Part shown: piece after piece, positions 12,178 to 28,720 of the stretch
How the letters are laid out: every line of letters starts with the position of its first letter
Position numbering within the stretch: position 1 is the stretch's first letter
DNA from: Octopus vulgaris
Taxonomy: Eukaryota
Reading direction: 5' to 3'
DNA length: 64,000 bases
NCBI GenBank assembly: GCA_951406725.2
Contig: OX597819.1
Location: 61,380,001-61,444,000, forward strand
Made by a program: the position numbers and the translations under genes
Notes under the pieces: model-generated
The model's input: only the letters and a program-made list of their open reading frames with translations
The model's database searches: none
What the model was told of the DNA's origin: nothing

Positions 12178-15121
12178 ACATCAGAGGACTGCAAACACTC
12201 AGTAACAGGACAAAGATCCCGTTCCTGAGAGACTTTGTTGCATGCAATCAAGCCTTATGCATAGCACTTACAGAAACGCACCTGAAACCGGACATAGCAG
12301 ATGCGGAGTTACACATACCACAGTATGCTGTACTACGGACCGACAGGAAAGAAAGGAGTCATGGAGGTGTTGCTATGTACATCCGTGAGGACCTCACACC
12401 CCAGGTCCTCTTGTCATACTCAAACTCGGTGTGTGACACACTAATTGTACATATTAGGCAACTTGATGTAGTTGTGTGTGCTACATATCGCCCTCCAGAT
12501 GCCCCAAGCCATGTGGGCAAGTTTGAAGACTGCCTTATAAAAATAGAAGAAATTCTAACCACATTAGAACAACACATAGGTGTGCTTCTTATGGGAGACT
12601 TCAATCTGCCCAATGTCAGATGGCCCGAGGGCCTTTCTCTCCCAGGAATGACAAGATGTGAACGAGGACAGGCGAGGTCCCTCCTGAACCTCATCAACAC
12701 CCTGTACATGGAGCAGGTAATACTCCAACCAACCAGGGCAGGTAACACACTGGATCTCTGCTTCACAAATGACATGGATCTCATCCATAATGTGAAAGTG
12801 ACACCGACACTACTCTCGGATCACAACATGATAGAGCTGACCATGTACGGGCCAAAAGAGAGCACGGACATGCAGCCTACAAGAAACCCTCAAAATCTTT
12901 CCAGCTTGAACTACCATAAGGCAAACTGGAAACAAATTGAGAAAGAGATCCTCAAACAAAACTGGCCTGAATGTCTCTCCTCGCCAGACATCGACGTGAA
13001 ACTTCAACAATTCATGTCTGTAATGCAAGCCATATGCTACAAATGTGTCCCAGAGAGAAAGGCCACTGTACACAAGAACAAAATCCCCAGAGAGAGGAAA
13101 ATTTTAATGAGACGGCGTACGAAATTTTCAAATCGCCTAAACAAACAGATTGAAAGCAGTGAAAAGTCCCGCCTAAAAATAAAACTGTTGGAAATCGAAA
13201 AATGTCTGCAACTCTCCCATGAAAAAGAAAGAGCAGACAAAGAAGCCTGGGCTATAGAAAACATAAAATCTAACCCCAGAGCTTTCTACAGGTATGCCAA
13301 AGAAACAGCTACAGTGCACTGTAGAATAGGGCCACTCCTTGAAAAGGATGGCACACTTACAGGAAAACCAATGAGGGTAAGTGAAATACTGAATGAGCAA
13401 TTCAAGAGTGTTTTCACTCCACCCCTTGGGCATCTCCAAATCACCAATCCAACTGACTTTTTTACCACTGCAGATATAAAATCAGAGGCGGCGACGATAG
13501 ATTACATCGATATAAAGGAAGACGATGTAACCAAGGCTATAGATGAAATGAAAACAGACTCAGCTACTGGCCCCGATGGATTCCCGGCAATCCTCCTAAA
13601 AGCATGTAAGAGAGTCCTAGCAAGACCACTGCAGTTCCTCTTTCAGAGCTTCCTTGCAGCTGGCAAACTTCCAGGAAAACTGAAGGAAGGTAAAATATGC
13701 CCCATTCATAAAGGAGGTAGCAGAGCGGAAGCCAAGAACTATAGACCTATCTCTCTGACCTCACACATCAGCAAGGTCATGGAACGAATAGTCAGAAGGA
13801 AGCTGATCACCTTCCTTGAAGAGAATGACTTGCTGCCCGACACCCAACATGGTTTCCGACCAGGGAGAAGCTGTTTAACTCAGCTCCTACAACACTATGG
13901 GTGCTGAAACGGCTGCTCAACCACTCAAATGTGGAAGTGATATATCTCGACTTTGCAAAGGCCTTTGATAAAGTCGATCATGAAATGATATGTCACAAAC
14001 TGCGTGATCTCAACATAGTTGGAAAACTGGGAGAATGGCTTCATGACTTTCTGAAGGATAGAAGTCAGGTGGTAGTAGCCAATGGGGCCACCTCCATTAA
14101 CACACAAATAGTGAGCGGTGTTCCGCAGGGCACTGTTCTGGGACCACTACTGTTCATAATGGCCCTCTCAGACATGCCCTCAGCCACGCAGAGAGCCACG
14201 ATCACAAGTTATGCAGATGATACAAAAGTTTCACAGGCAATACAGAACCCTGAGGACACTAAACACCTGCAATGTGAGCTGGACGAAATATACAAGTGGG
14301 CTGAAAAGAATAGCATGCAGTTCAATGCTGGAAAGTTTCAAGCTTTATACTATCAGCATGCAAAACTGAATGCAATACCCAATGAATACACTGGACCCGG
14401 AGGGATTGCAATCCCAGAGGCACAATCAGTGCGTGACCTGGGTATTCACATGAGTGATGACGCGACCTTTCATGTACATGTTGCTAAACTGACAATGAAA
14501 TGTAGACGGCTGGCTGGCTGGATTCTTAGAACCTTTAGAACAAGAGAACAAGAAACCATGATGGTCCTCTGGAAGACACTTGTCCTAAGCCACTTTGACT
14601 ATTGCTCTCAGCTATGGTCACCATCCAGTGTCAAGTTGATCACAGAACTTGAGGCGATCCAACGAAGCTACACAAAGAAGATAGCCTCTATGCAGAATGT
14701 AAGCTACTGGGAAAGACTCAAGAGATTAAAATTATATTCCCTGGAGCGTAGGCGGGAAAGATATGCCATAATATACATCTGGAAGATCCTGGAGGGAAGT
14801 GTCCTGAACTTTGGCATCGAGAGTTACGCAAATGCCAGAACTGGGCGCCACTGCGTGGTGCCTAGGACTCCAAACCTGCCATCAAGATGTAGGACAAGAT
14901 TCTGTGATAGCCTGGGCTTCCGAGGCCCACAGCTCTTCAATATCCTCCCGAAGAACCTGAGAGACCTGCATGGGGTGGATACAGATGTCTTTAAAATGAA
15001 GCTGGATCTCTTCCTGTCAGGTGTCCCAGATGAACCAACTTCACGGCAGGAGGGGCAGATGAGGGCAGCTGCATCGAACTCTCTCATGCACCAAATAGCA
15101 GTTGCTAGAAAGCCTCTATGA
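12129..15121 (+). pseudogene. LINE ORF2 (APE endonuclease + reverse transcriptase), one frameshift at ~13900
   Basis: APE motifs LNIRGL, LTETHL, YRPP, MGDFN, LDL, SDH. RT motifs [30 protein letters not shown]. Relative to element 2 (QHYDWVLK), 4 nt are missing at CACTATGGGTGCTG. Confidence 0.92.
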
Positions 15122-15208
15122 AGTGAAACCAAGTAGCAACACCAAATGGCGGTGCCCCAGCATGGCCACAGCTCATAAGCTGAAACTAGAATCAATCAAT
15201 CAATCAAT

Positions 15209-18085
<2,877 letters not shown>

Positions 18086-18162
18086 TAAATCCTTAAATCC
18101 TTAAAAATGTTTTAGCCCGAAGGCCGCGGCCATGCTGGGGCACCACCGCTGAATGAGCTACA

Positions 18163-21100
18163 CTAGTTTGTGAATCCACCTCTGATACGTGGCACTTGAT
18201 CAACAAGGGAGTTCGATGCTGCTGCCCGCATCCGTGTCTCCTGTCGTGAGGTAGGTTCATCTGGGACTCCCAACAAGAAGAGATCCAGTTTAGTTTTAAA
18301 GAAACCCACATCCACACCATGTAAGTCTCTCAGGCATTTAGGGAGGATGTTAAAGAGCTGTGGTCCTCTGAAACCCAAGCTGTTGCAGTATCTGGACCTG
18401 TATTTTGATGGTGATGTTGGAATCCTTGGCACCACGCAGCGGCGCCCCGTTCTGCGGTTGGAGTAACTTTGAATGCCAAAGTTTGGGACAAGACCCTCCA
18501 GGATTTTCCAGATGTATATCACTGCATATCTCTCCCGCCTCCGCTCCAGGGAGAAGAGGTTTAATACCTTCAGTCTTTCCCAGTAGCTGACATTTTGCAT
18601 TGAGACGATTTTCTTTGTGTAGCTTCTCTGAGTTGCTTCGAGTTCTGCTGTTTGTTTTATATTGTGTGGTGACCAAAGTTGGGAGCAGTAGTCCAAGCGG
18701 CTGAGGACAAATGTTTTCCATAGGACCATCAGTGTCTCCTTCTCTCTTGTTCTGAAAGTTCGGAGAATCCATCCAGCTAGCCGTCTGCATTTTATCACCA
18801 GATTAGCAATATGCATTTGGAAAGATGCATCATTGCTCATGTCAATGCCCAGGTCACGCACTGATTTTGACTCAGGGATTGCAATTCTTCCTGGGCCAGT
18901 GTATCCAGTCTTCACGTCATTTACCTTTGTGTGCCAGTAGCGCAGGGCCTGGAACTTACCTGCATTAAACTGCATGTTGTTGTCCTCAGCCCACCTGTAT
19001 ATTGTGTCCAGCTCATGTTGCAGATGCGCAATATTTTCAGGGTTTTGTATTGCGTGGGAGACTTTTGTGTCATCTGCATAGCTAGCAAGGGTGGTCATCG
19101 TAGCAACTGAAGGCATGTCTGAAAGGGCCACTATGAACATCAGTGGCCCCAAGACAGTGCCCTGTGGGACACCGCTTGTTATTTGCGTTTCCTTGGAGGT
19201 GGCTCCATTGCTCACAACTGCCTGTTTTCTGTCTTTTAGGAAGTTGTGCAGCCACTCTCCAAGTTTCCCGCCTATGCCGAGACCACGCAGTTTGTGACAG
19301 ATCATACCATGGTCGACTTTATCAAAGGCTTTTGCAAAGTCAAGATATATTACATCCACATTTGAGCCATTTAGTAGCTGTTTCAACACCCAGTCATAGT
19401 GTTGCAGGAGCTGTGTTAGGCAGCCTCTACCTGGTCGAAATCCATGCTGGGTGTCAGACAGTAAGTCATTTTCTTCAAGGAACATGATTAGTTTCTTACG
19501 GACTATTCGTTCCATGACTTTGCTGATGTGTGAGGTCAGAGAGATAGGCCTATAATTTTTAGCATCTGCTCTGCTACCTCCCTTATGGATAGGGCATATT
19601 ACCCCCTCTTTCAGTTTGACTGGGAGCTTACCACTTGCAAGAAAGCTCTGAAAAAGAAGCTGTAGCGGTTTTGCAAGGGCTCGTTTGCACGATTTGAGAA
19701 GGATCGCTGGGAATCCATCAGGTCCAGCAGCTGAGTTTGTGTCAATCTCATCAATGGCTAGTGTGATATCATCTTCTTCGATGTTGATGTACTCAATTTT
19801 TGTCTCTTTGGCCGCTGGTAAAGTGGCAAAGAATTCTTCTGGGTTGTTTACTTGCCTGTGTCCTAGAGGTGTAGTGAACACACTTTGGAACTGTTCGTTC
19901 AGTATTTCACTTATCCTCGTGGGATTTCCTGTGAGAGAGCCATCTTTTTGGAAGAGAGGTCCTATTCTCTGGTGCACTGTGGCTGTCTCTTTGGCAAACT
20001 TAAAGAAAGCTTTAGGGTTTGATTTTATATTTTCTATTACCCAAGCTTCTTTATCTGCTCTCTCCTTTTCATGGGACTGATGTAGACTTTTCTCAGTTTC
20101 CATTAGCATTCTTTCGAGCCGAGACTTCTCACCACTTTTGGTGTGCTTGCTCAGGCGGTTTGCAATCCTTGTCCGTCGTCTCATAAGAATCCTCCTTTCT
20201 CTAGGGATCCTGTTTTTGTTCTTGTGTGTGCTGGCCCTGCACATTGGGACATATTTGTCACATATGGCTTGTATTATGGACATGAAGTGTTTGTGTTTCA
20301 TGTTTATGTCCGGTGTGGAGAGACATTCAGGCCAATCCTGTTTGAGGATCTCTTTCTCAATCGACTTCCAGTTGGCTTTATGAAAGTTTAAGTTGGAGAG
20401 ATGGTGGGTGCTTCGTATAGGCTGTGTGTCTGCGGGGGCTTTTGTTCCATACATAGACAGCTCTATTATGTTGTGATCCGAGATCATTGTCGGCATCACA
20501 TTAACATTATGGATAATATCCATATTGTTTGTGAAGCAGAGATCCAGTATATTATCTGCCCTTGTTGGTTGCAGAACTATTTGCTCCATGAAAGAGGCAT
20601 TTGTGAGATGGAGCAGGGACTCCACCTGTGCCTGCTGATGGTGTGTCATCCCTGGGAGCATCTGCCCCCCAGGCCATTCCACATTGGGGAGGTTAAAGTC
20701 ACCCATGAAGAATACACTGTTGTGCTGTTCAAGGTTGGTGAGGACTTCTCCTATTTTTGTTAGGCAGTCTTCAAACATGCCTGAGTGTTTTGGGGCATCT
20801 GGTGGGCGATATGTAGTGCATATGACGATATTCAGTTGTCTTATGTGTACAATTTGAGTTTCACATACTGAGTTTGAATATGACAGCAGGACCTGGGGCG
20901 TGAGGTCATCTCGGATGTACATTGCAACTCCACCATGGCTCCTCCCTTTTCTATCTGTGCGTATGACTGCATATTGCGGCATGTGTATTTCTGCATCACC
21001 TATATCGGGTTCAAGATGCGTTTCTGTGAGTGCCATGCATATAGCTTGATTGCATGTCACAAGGTCTCTCAGGAATGAAATTTTCTTTTTACAGTTTCCG

Positions 21101-21267
21101 CGCAGCAGCCCTCCTACATTCAGTAGAAATATTTTTGTGGTGTGTGTGTTGGTGTTGGTGTCTGTGGTGGCCATCCTGCATCTGTTGGAGGTGGCCTTAT
21201 GTGGTGGTAGTTCCAGCTTTGTGCTTGTAGCCAGGTCAGCTGCTGAACAATTTTTTGTGCCATGCAC
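18163..21267 (-). CDS. LINE ORF2, uninterrupted (APE + RT), ~1000 aa
   Basis: 1034-aa ORF with [35 protein letters not shown] and YADD. The true start is probably the downstream MATTDT. Confidence 0.93.
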   Translation of the reverse strand: MHGTKNCSAADLATSTKLELPPHKATSNRCRMATTDTNTNTHTTKIFLLNVGGLLRGNCKKKISFLRDLVTCNQAICMALTETHLEPDIGDAEIHMPQYAVIRTDRKGRSHGGVAMYIRDDLTPQVLLSYSNSVCETQIVHIRQLNIVICTTYRPPDAPKHSGMFEDCLTKIGEVLTNLEQHNSVFFMGDFNLPNVEWPGGQMLPGMTHHQQAQVESLLHLTNASFMEQIVLQPTRADNILDLCFTNNMDIIHNVNVMPTMISDHNIIELSMYGTKAPADTQPIRSTHHLSNLNFHKANWKSIEKEILKQDWPECLSTPDINMKHKHFMSIIQAICDKYVPMCRASTHKNKNRIPRERRILMRRRTRIANRLSKHTKSGEKSRLERMLMETEKSLHQSHEKERADKEAWVIENIKSNPKAFFKFAKETATVHQRIGPLFQKDGSLTGNPTRISEILNEQFQSVFTTPLGHRQVNNPEEFFATLPAAKETKIEYINIEEDDITLAIDEIDTNSAAGPDGFPAILLKSCKRALAKPLQLLFQSFLASGKLPVKLKEGVICPIHKGGSRADAKNYRPISLTSHISKVMERIVRKKLIMFLEENDLLSDTQHGFRPGRGCLTQLLQHYDWVLKQLLNGSNVDVIYLDFAKAFDKVDHGMICHKLRGLGIGGKLGEWLHNFLKDRKQAVVSNGATSKETQITSGVPQGTVLGPLMFIVALSDMPSVATMTTLASYADDTKVSHAIQNPENIAHLQHELDTIYRWAEDNNMQFNAGKFQALRYWHTKVNDVKTGYTGPGRIAIPESKSVRDLGIDMSNDASFQMHIANLVIKCRRLAGWILRTFRTREKETLMVLWKTFVLSRLDYCSQLWSPHNIKQTAELEATQRSYTKKIVSMQNVSYWERLKVLNLFSLERRRERYAVIYIWKILEGLVPNFGIQSYSNRRTGRRCVVPRIPTSPSKYRSRYCNSLGFRGPQLFNILPKCLRDLHGVDVGFFKTKLDLFLLGVPDEPTSRQETRMRAAASNSLVDQVPRIRGGFTN

Positions 21268-22019
21268 AAAAAAGACTGCTGTTCAGCTGCCGCCCTTCTC
21301 ACATCTGGGTGAAGCTGGCCACCTGTTGGGTTTCCGCGCACCACATCTGCATACCGTCTTTCAGTAGTGGTCAGTGCGCTTTTTTCCTTCTTTTAACTTT
21401 TTTTTTTGTTTTTGTTCTCCCTGAGGGAGGGACCTCTGTCTCGCGTCCGTGCGGTTTTGGTAGGGCCTCCGATGTGCAAAGCGACAGTTTGCACCTTCAA
21501 CGCCGTACCAGCAGTCCCCCTCAGGTAGAATTTGCAGGTGTTTCTTTCCCTGCCCTTACAGTTTTTGCTGGGGTCCCTCTGCTTTCTCTGGACAGGGCTT
21601 CCTTTAGCCTTGATTCTGTCACCCTTTACCTCCTGCTTCCCATCAATTCCAGGGTGCCTTTCCTTTCTTGCGGCCATCGCACCTCTTTGGTCTTCAGTTG
21701 TGGTGTTGGAAGCTGGACATGTGTCATCGTTTCCCTGTGTTCCAGGCTTCTCCATTTGGCTCTGGATGCTTTCCTCATCCTTTTGGCCCTCCCTGCTGCC
21801 GTCACCTCCCAGGATGATGTCCAGGGTGTCCACATGTTGCCTGATTAGAGCGTACGAACGGATAACTTCTCTCTTCTTTCGCTCTATCTGGGCGGTGGTT
21901 CTCGAAAAATTGTTGCTTTTCAGCGCCGCAGCAATAATGTCGTTCGGCGAGTCGTCCTCAGCGATCCTCCAAGCGCGGACGAACAATTGCACCTCTCTCG
22001 CAGACCAGTTTCTTGCCAT
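21120..22019 (-). pseudogene. LINE ORF1 of element 2 (Myb/SANT-like + CCCH), two frameshifts in homopolymer runs
   Basis: WSAREVQLFVRAW...RTTAQIERK. After CKFYLRG the finger continues in another frame as CWYGVEGANCRFAH. RRYADVVR and AAAEQQSFLCMAQKIVQQLTWL are shared with element 1. Confidence 0.8.
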
Positions 22020-23723
22020 TTTCTTCTAGTGAAATATAGGAACAGAGAGAGAGATAGAGAAGGAGAGATAAGATGGAGAGGGAGAAGAGAAAGGAGAAAA
22101 GCCAGGGGGGGGATAGAGAGAGACGAGGGGATTGTCCTGAGAGAAGAGAGAAAGAGAGAAAATAAGAGGGAAAAAAGATAAAGGTGAAAGAATGGCAGGT
22201 CAGCAGGGGGAGAGTGAGCGGGATAGAGGTGTAGTAGAAAGGGACAGGGTGGAAAAGTGAGACAAGAGGGTGGACCCTAGGGGGAGCAGGGAGAAGAAAG
22301 GCGGAGAGATAAAATGGAGAGGAAGAGAGAGAGAGATGAAATGGAGAGGGAGAGAGAGAGAGGGCAGGATAGAGGTACCAGGGAGTGAAGTAAAGGGACA
22401 GAGAGGGTGGTGTGGAGGAAGGAGACAGAGAGAGGAAAAAAGAGACAGGGGGTGGTGAGCCTTAGAGGGAACAGGGAGAGGAAAGGTAGGAAGAAAAAAG
22501 GGGGAAGAGGGAGAGAGGGGCGCAACAGAGTGTAGTAAAGGGACAGGGAGGGTGGTGTAGAGAAAGAAATAAGGGGACAGAAGGGGAAGAGGAAAAGGGG
22601 TTTGACCTGTGAAGGAGCGGAGAGGAAAGAGGCAGAGAGAGGGAGGGGGAGTAACAGAGAGAGAGAGAAAGAGGGCGGTATATAGATACAAGAGAGAATG
22701 AGTGAAGTTGAGGAACTGAGAGAGGGGGTGAGGTGAGAGAAAGTTGATCTGAGAGAGATGCAGAAAGAGAAACGATGGCAGAGGGAGAGAGAGGGAGGAG
22801 GGGAGAGTGAGAGCGGAAATAGAGGGTCTGGTGGATGGGGAGACAGATAAGGTATAAACTGTATGAGAGAGATAGAAATAGAAATGTAAGAAAGAGAAGG
22901 AGAGATTATAAAGATAGAATAGCGCGTATTTTTATATCTTTTTAATTATTATTTTCTGTTTGAAAGAACACTAATGATAACAAATAATAAAAATGTATGA
23001 GAGAGATAGAAATAGAAATGTAAGAAAGAGAAAGAGAGAGTGCGTGACAGGCACGGAGGGCGAAATTATAAAGATTATAAAGATAGAATAGCGCGTATTT
23101 TTATATTTTTATATCTTTTTTTTTTTTTTTTATTATTATTTTCTGTTTGAAAGAACACTAATGATAACAAAATAAATAATATCTTCCTTACCTTACCGGC
23201 TGAGAGAGTAATTACGTGATTCCTTTTTATAAGAAAGGAAGATAGATAGACAAGACAGACCTTTTATATTCCTTAATCGTATTTTGTAAACAAAAGGGAT
23301 CTGAGTTTCGATTTAGCACATGCAACAGTTTGACGATACTTTCTGTATTTTCCTAAGCGATTTGGTATTAAGCAGCAAATTTTTCAGAGGCTTTTTTCAG
23401 AACACGCAGATATACATCAAAAACGAAAATATCCTTCTCAAAAATACTGTGTCTTGTTGATTCACAGACGAAGAATAAAATTCACTTCGATTTCGGGAAG
23501 TAACACACGTGCGTTTTAACACGTGTATTCGCGAGTATGTTCTAGTTGCAAATACTATATCAAAAGCGAAAATATTCTTCTCAAATACAGTGACTTGTTG
23601 TACTCTCACTTATATTCGCTTTGCAGACAATTTCGCTTCTGATAACATCGATCTCTGGAAGGACTTCTTTAATATTTAGGAGAGACACGTTAACACACTT
23701 GTTGTTAGTTCAGCGCCATCTTG

Positions 23724-24182
<459 letters not shown>

Positions 24183-24194
24183 TCTTCTTTATTC

Positions 24195-24705
<511 letters not shown>

Positions 24706-25396
24706 TGTGTGTGTGTGTGTGTGTGTTTGTGTGTGTATGTGTGTGTGTGCGAATATACAGTCACGCACACATACATATTTATACATAAATGCATACGTAC
24801 ATATTAATCCATGCATATTAATCCATACGTACGTACGTACGTATGTATGTATGTATGTATGTATGTATGTATGTATGTATGTATGTATGTCTACGAGCAA
24901 TGAAATGTGTCGGAGAGTAGTGCTAAATACATTTTACTGCAAAACGTTTATAGGAATTGAATATTGATCTCGTGATTCGAGTTTCATGTCATTGCGATTT
25001 TCAGGCCAGAACTGTTACAACTCAATCTTTGACAATCTATTTTTATTCGTTCTGAATATTGTATCATTGCTTGTATTTGTCCATTGGGTCCATTTTGTCT
25101 TTAATGATTGGTTGCTATTTTTCTGCATCTTCATACGTTATTATTTGATGGGGAGGCGTTTTTTCGATTTGATTATTCGTTTTAGATTTGCCTGTTAATT
25201 TAATTAAGGCTCTTTTTTTGTTAATATTTTGTTGCTATATTTTCAGTCTATTTTATGATATTGAGCATATAAAGGTTGTTAGAGGGAACTCACCACAAAT
25301 GGATCTGTTGTAAAGGATCTACCACTAATTTAGGTATGACTCTTAGAAAGTGTGTCTACTTCAATAGCAATGTTTTTCAGTCATGATGTTTCAGAA

Positions 25397-25671
25397 CAGT
25401 GTTTCCCAAACTGGGTGGTATTGCCCCTCTGGGGGCGATGGAAAGTTCCAAGGGGGCGTTGAAGAAAAGTGGGGTGATAATGGGGTAGCGATTCATGTAA
25501 AAACAACAAAATAATGGGTTCATTAGGTTAAGTTTTATGTTTGAAATACAATTGCTTTGAATTTGCTTCAGAAAGAGGTCTAAGCTTGTGATGGTTAGTT
25601 GGGGTGGGGGAGCTAGGAATGTGGCCTGGGTGTCATAGAGGTGGCAACCTGAAAAATTTTGGGAACCACTG
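25397..25671. mobile_element. hAT (Charlie-like) MITE
   Basis: Ends CAGTGTTTCCCAAA and TTTGGGAACCACTG. Imperfect 8-bp flanks TTTCAGAA and CTTTAGAA. Confidence 0.7.
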
Positions 25672-26176
25672 CTTTAGAATATGCACTGAGTGTAGGTACG
25701 TATGTGTGTGTGTATGTGCACGAGCATCTGGATTTCATATACTTCTTGTATGTCACATCTACATATACATACACACAAAACGTAAAAAGCATTCACTCTG
25801 ATTTTTTCTCCAGGTCTTTAACACGGAAACAATTCTTTGTATAAACTAGTATAAACAAGCCGAACACCAAATTACGTCAGTGTTTTAGCCTGATCCTACC
25901 TCCTCAGTGATAAGTGCCACCTTGGTCGTTTAAAATCAAACTGGAACTTCTGTTCCTATGTATACAAAACGGTAAATTATACGTCTGCTGGGATTCGTTG
26001 AAGTTGGCTAAGCTGGAATTAATTTAATATAAGCATACGAAGCAGTGAGGATCAAAATTAAGATGTGTGCATTTATTTTTACGTTAGAGCCTGGAAAGCA
26101 TTCGCTGCAGAATTTTGTCGCCGAAACAAATTTCTCATTAAGTACTGTATGTATGTATATATACGAATACGTGTAC

Positions 26177-26207
<31 letters not shown>

Positions 26208-26684
26208 TGTATGTATGTATGTATGTATGTATGTATGTATGTATGTATGTGTGTATGTATGTATGTATGTATGTATGTATGTATGTATGTATTTATGCAT
26301 GTATGCATGATGCATGCACGCACGCGAGCGCGCACTCTTTCTCTCCCTCTCTCTCTCTCGCACACACACACATGTATATATGTGTGGATTATTGTGATGC
26401 GCACTTTACTAATTCATCTTTCATTCAAAGGTCCACTAACATATCGAGGAGTAATTACAATAAGTGCTATGGTTCACCACTGAGAACCACGGAACCACTG
26501 TAAAATAAAATGGGTTTTACTTTTGAATTTGATTGCTTCTGTCAATATGGCTTAGATACGCACTTTTCTGCAACACTATCTTACCTTGGAAATATTCTAT
26601 GCGAATGAAATTTTCAGTGTTGTTGGGAAGTGTGAACTCTACCACTTAGTTTAGCACTTGAAAGAATCTATGTGAGTAATGCCT

Positions 26685-26918
26685 TCTTATTTCTTTATTG
26701 CCCACAAGGGGCTAAACATAGAGGGGATAAGCAAGGACAGACAAAGAGATTAAGTCGATTACATCGACCACAGTGCGTAACTGGTACTTAATTTATCGAC
26801 CTCGAAAGGATGAAAGGCAAAGTCGACCTCGGCGGAATTTGAACTCAGAATGTAGCGGTAGACGAAATACCGCTAAGCACTTCACCCGGCGCGCTAACGT
26901 TTCTGCAAGCTCGCTGCT
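26685..26918 (-). mobile_element. SINE family B
   Basis: Reverse complement of the 548-782 type. Confidence 0.8.
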
Positions 26919-27069
26919 TTAAAAGTATTGTTTATAGCCACATGAATATGACTTCGACGTTACTACTGTTTTAACCCCCAGGAAAAGCCTCGTCTAGCTG
27001 GTTATCGATGCAATCCGCACCCGGTATATATTGCAAGTAGGGGAGCAAACCCCTACCTTCTTCCAGTAG

Positions 27070-27612
27070 ACGCGGCCTTATCCAGCTCACCGCCTTCTGA
27101 GATGCTTGAGAAATGATGAGCACGTTGCGTGGCATTCTAGGCACAGAGAATTCTTTATAAAAGTGTGATTGAGATGGGTCGGTCACATAGTACGCATGGA
27201 AGGCATTCCTTTAACCAAAGACCTCTTTTATAGTCAGTTTAACTCTGGTGACAGAAACCAAGCTCCCCTTCCACCGCTCTGTTATAAGGATACTCTGAAG
27301 ACCTATTTGAAAACCTGAAAGATAAATCTAAAGACATGGGAATTGGTAACACTGAATAAAGTGCAGTAGAGGAACTTGTGCTACCAAGCCATCTCCAATC
27401 TTAGAGGAACCAAGATCAATACTGTCAAGAAGGAAATAGCCTAGTGTAGAACCAAGTTCCAGCTACCCTCAGGTGACGTTGACCACAACTTCAACGTCCA
27501 AGATAGGTCTGTATTCCCACATGAGACGACACAGCAAAACATCGAACTGATAACAATGTACAGCTGGGTCCTGCTGAGCATCAATTGTGAAGGGAATCCA
27601 ATAAATAAATGT
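27070..27612 (+). mobile_element. Decayed RTE-clade LINE 3' end
   Basis: Manual translation gives LRWVGHIVRMEGIPLTKDLFYSQ..., CYKDTLK and SKIGLYSHMRRH, which are typical RTE ORF C-terminal motifs. Confidence 0.7.
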
Positions 27613-28257
27613 TGGACGGAGACTAATAAATGTGTCACTGAGTGTGTTGTGTATATTTGCGTGGATACATACATACATACATACATACATACATACATAC
27701 ATACATACATACATACATGCATTCATGCATGCGTGAAATTGTTACGATTCTTTGGGCGGTAACTGAAGAGGATTTAGCAACAATCTGTGTACATCTTTTC
27801 CGTTTGTTCCCTTTATTTGTACTTCTATATATTTTTGAACACACACACTTCTCTTTGACTTAGTATCTGAGAATCATATTGTTCAGTATCTCCTTATCTT
27901 AGCGGGGGAATATTTATTTTGATTGATTTTTCTAGTTGGTCGGTTCGGCGTGCAGAAATTCCTTCGTTGACTTCTGTAAAAAGAAAACAGAGAAAAGGGA
28001 CAATTTTCAAATATTACAATAATTCAAGGGACAACACTCTGTACGACAAGTCTTAACCGATGCAAGGGAGATAATTCTGAATGTCAACGTTTCATTTATT
28101 CAAAATTTAGCGTAAAACCTAATGAAAGTCTGACAAATATTCTCTCTTAATACAGAATTTTAAATAACCTTCCCTTATGTAAGTTTATTTACGTTCATGT
28201 GGTACGTGTGTTCATACTACATACAAATCACGTTCTCAGATAAATACGTTCGTTTTT

Positions 28258-28471
28258 TCTTTTACTCTTTTACTTGTTTCAGTAATTTGACAGCGGCCTT
28301 GCTGGAGCACCACCTTTAGTCGAATAAATGGACCCCAGGACTTATTCTTTGTAAGCCTTGTACTTATTCTATCGGTCTCTTTTTGCCGAACCGCTAAGTT
28401 ACGGGAACTTAAACGCACTACCATCGGTTGTCAAGTGATGTTGGGAGGACAAATAAGACACACAAGCATAT

Positions 28472-28563
<92 letters not shown>

Positions 28564-28720
28564 GACGGGCTCCTTTCAGTTTCCGTCCACCAAATCCACT
28601 CACAAGACTCTGGTCGGCCCGAGGCTATAGTAAAAGACACTTACCCAAGGTGCCACGCAGTGGGACTGCACCCCGGAACCATGTGGTTGGGAAGCAAGCT
28701 TCTTACCACACAGTCACTCT
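28258..28720 (-). mobile_element. SINE family A
   Basis: Matches the family consensus. Confidence 0.85.

Larger units (their letters stand above)
18086..23723 (-). mobile_element. Apparently full-length CR1-group LINE (element 2)
   Basis: Starts CAAGATGGCG at the (TA)n edge. Pyrimidine-rich 5' UTR, ORF1, uninterrupted ORF2, (TTTAAGGA)n tail ending in (TA)n. Confidence 0.88.

Noticed and set aside
13895-13910. Programmed frameshift in element 1 ORF2
   Set aside because: Explained by a 4-nt deletion relative to element 2; no slippery site is present.
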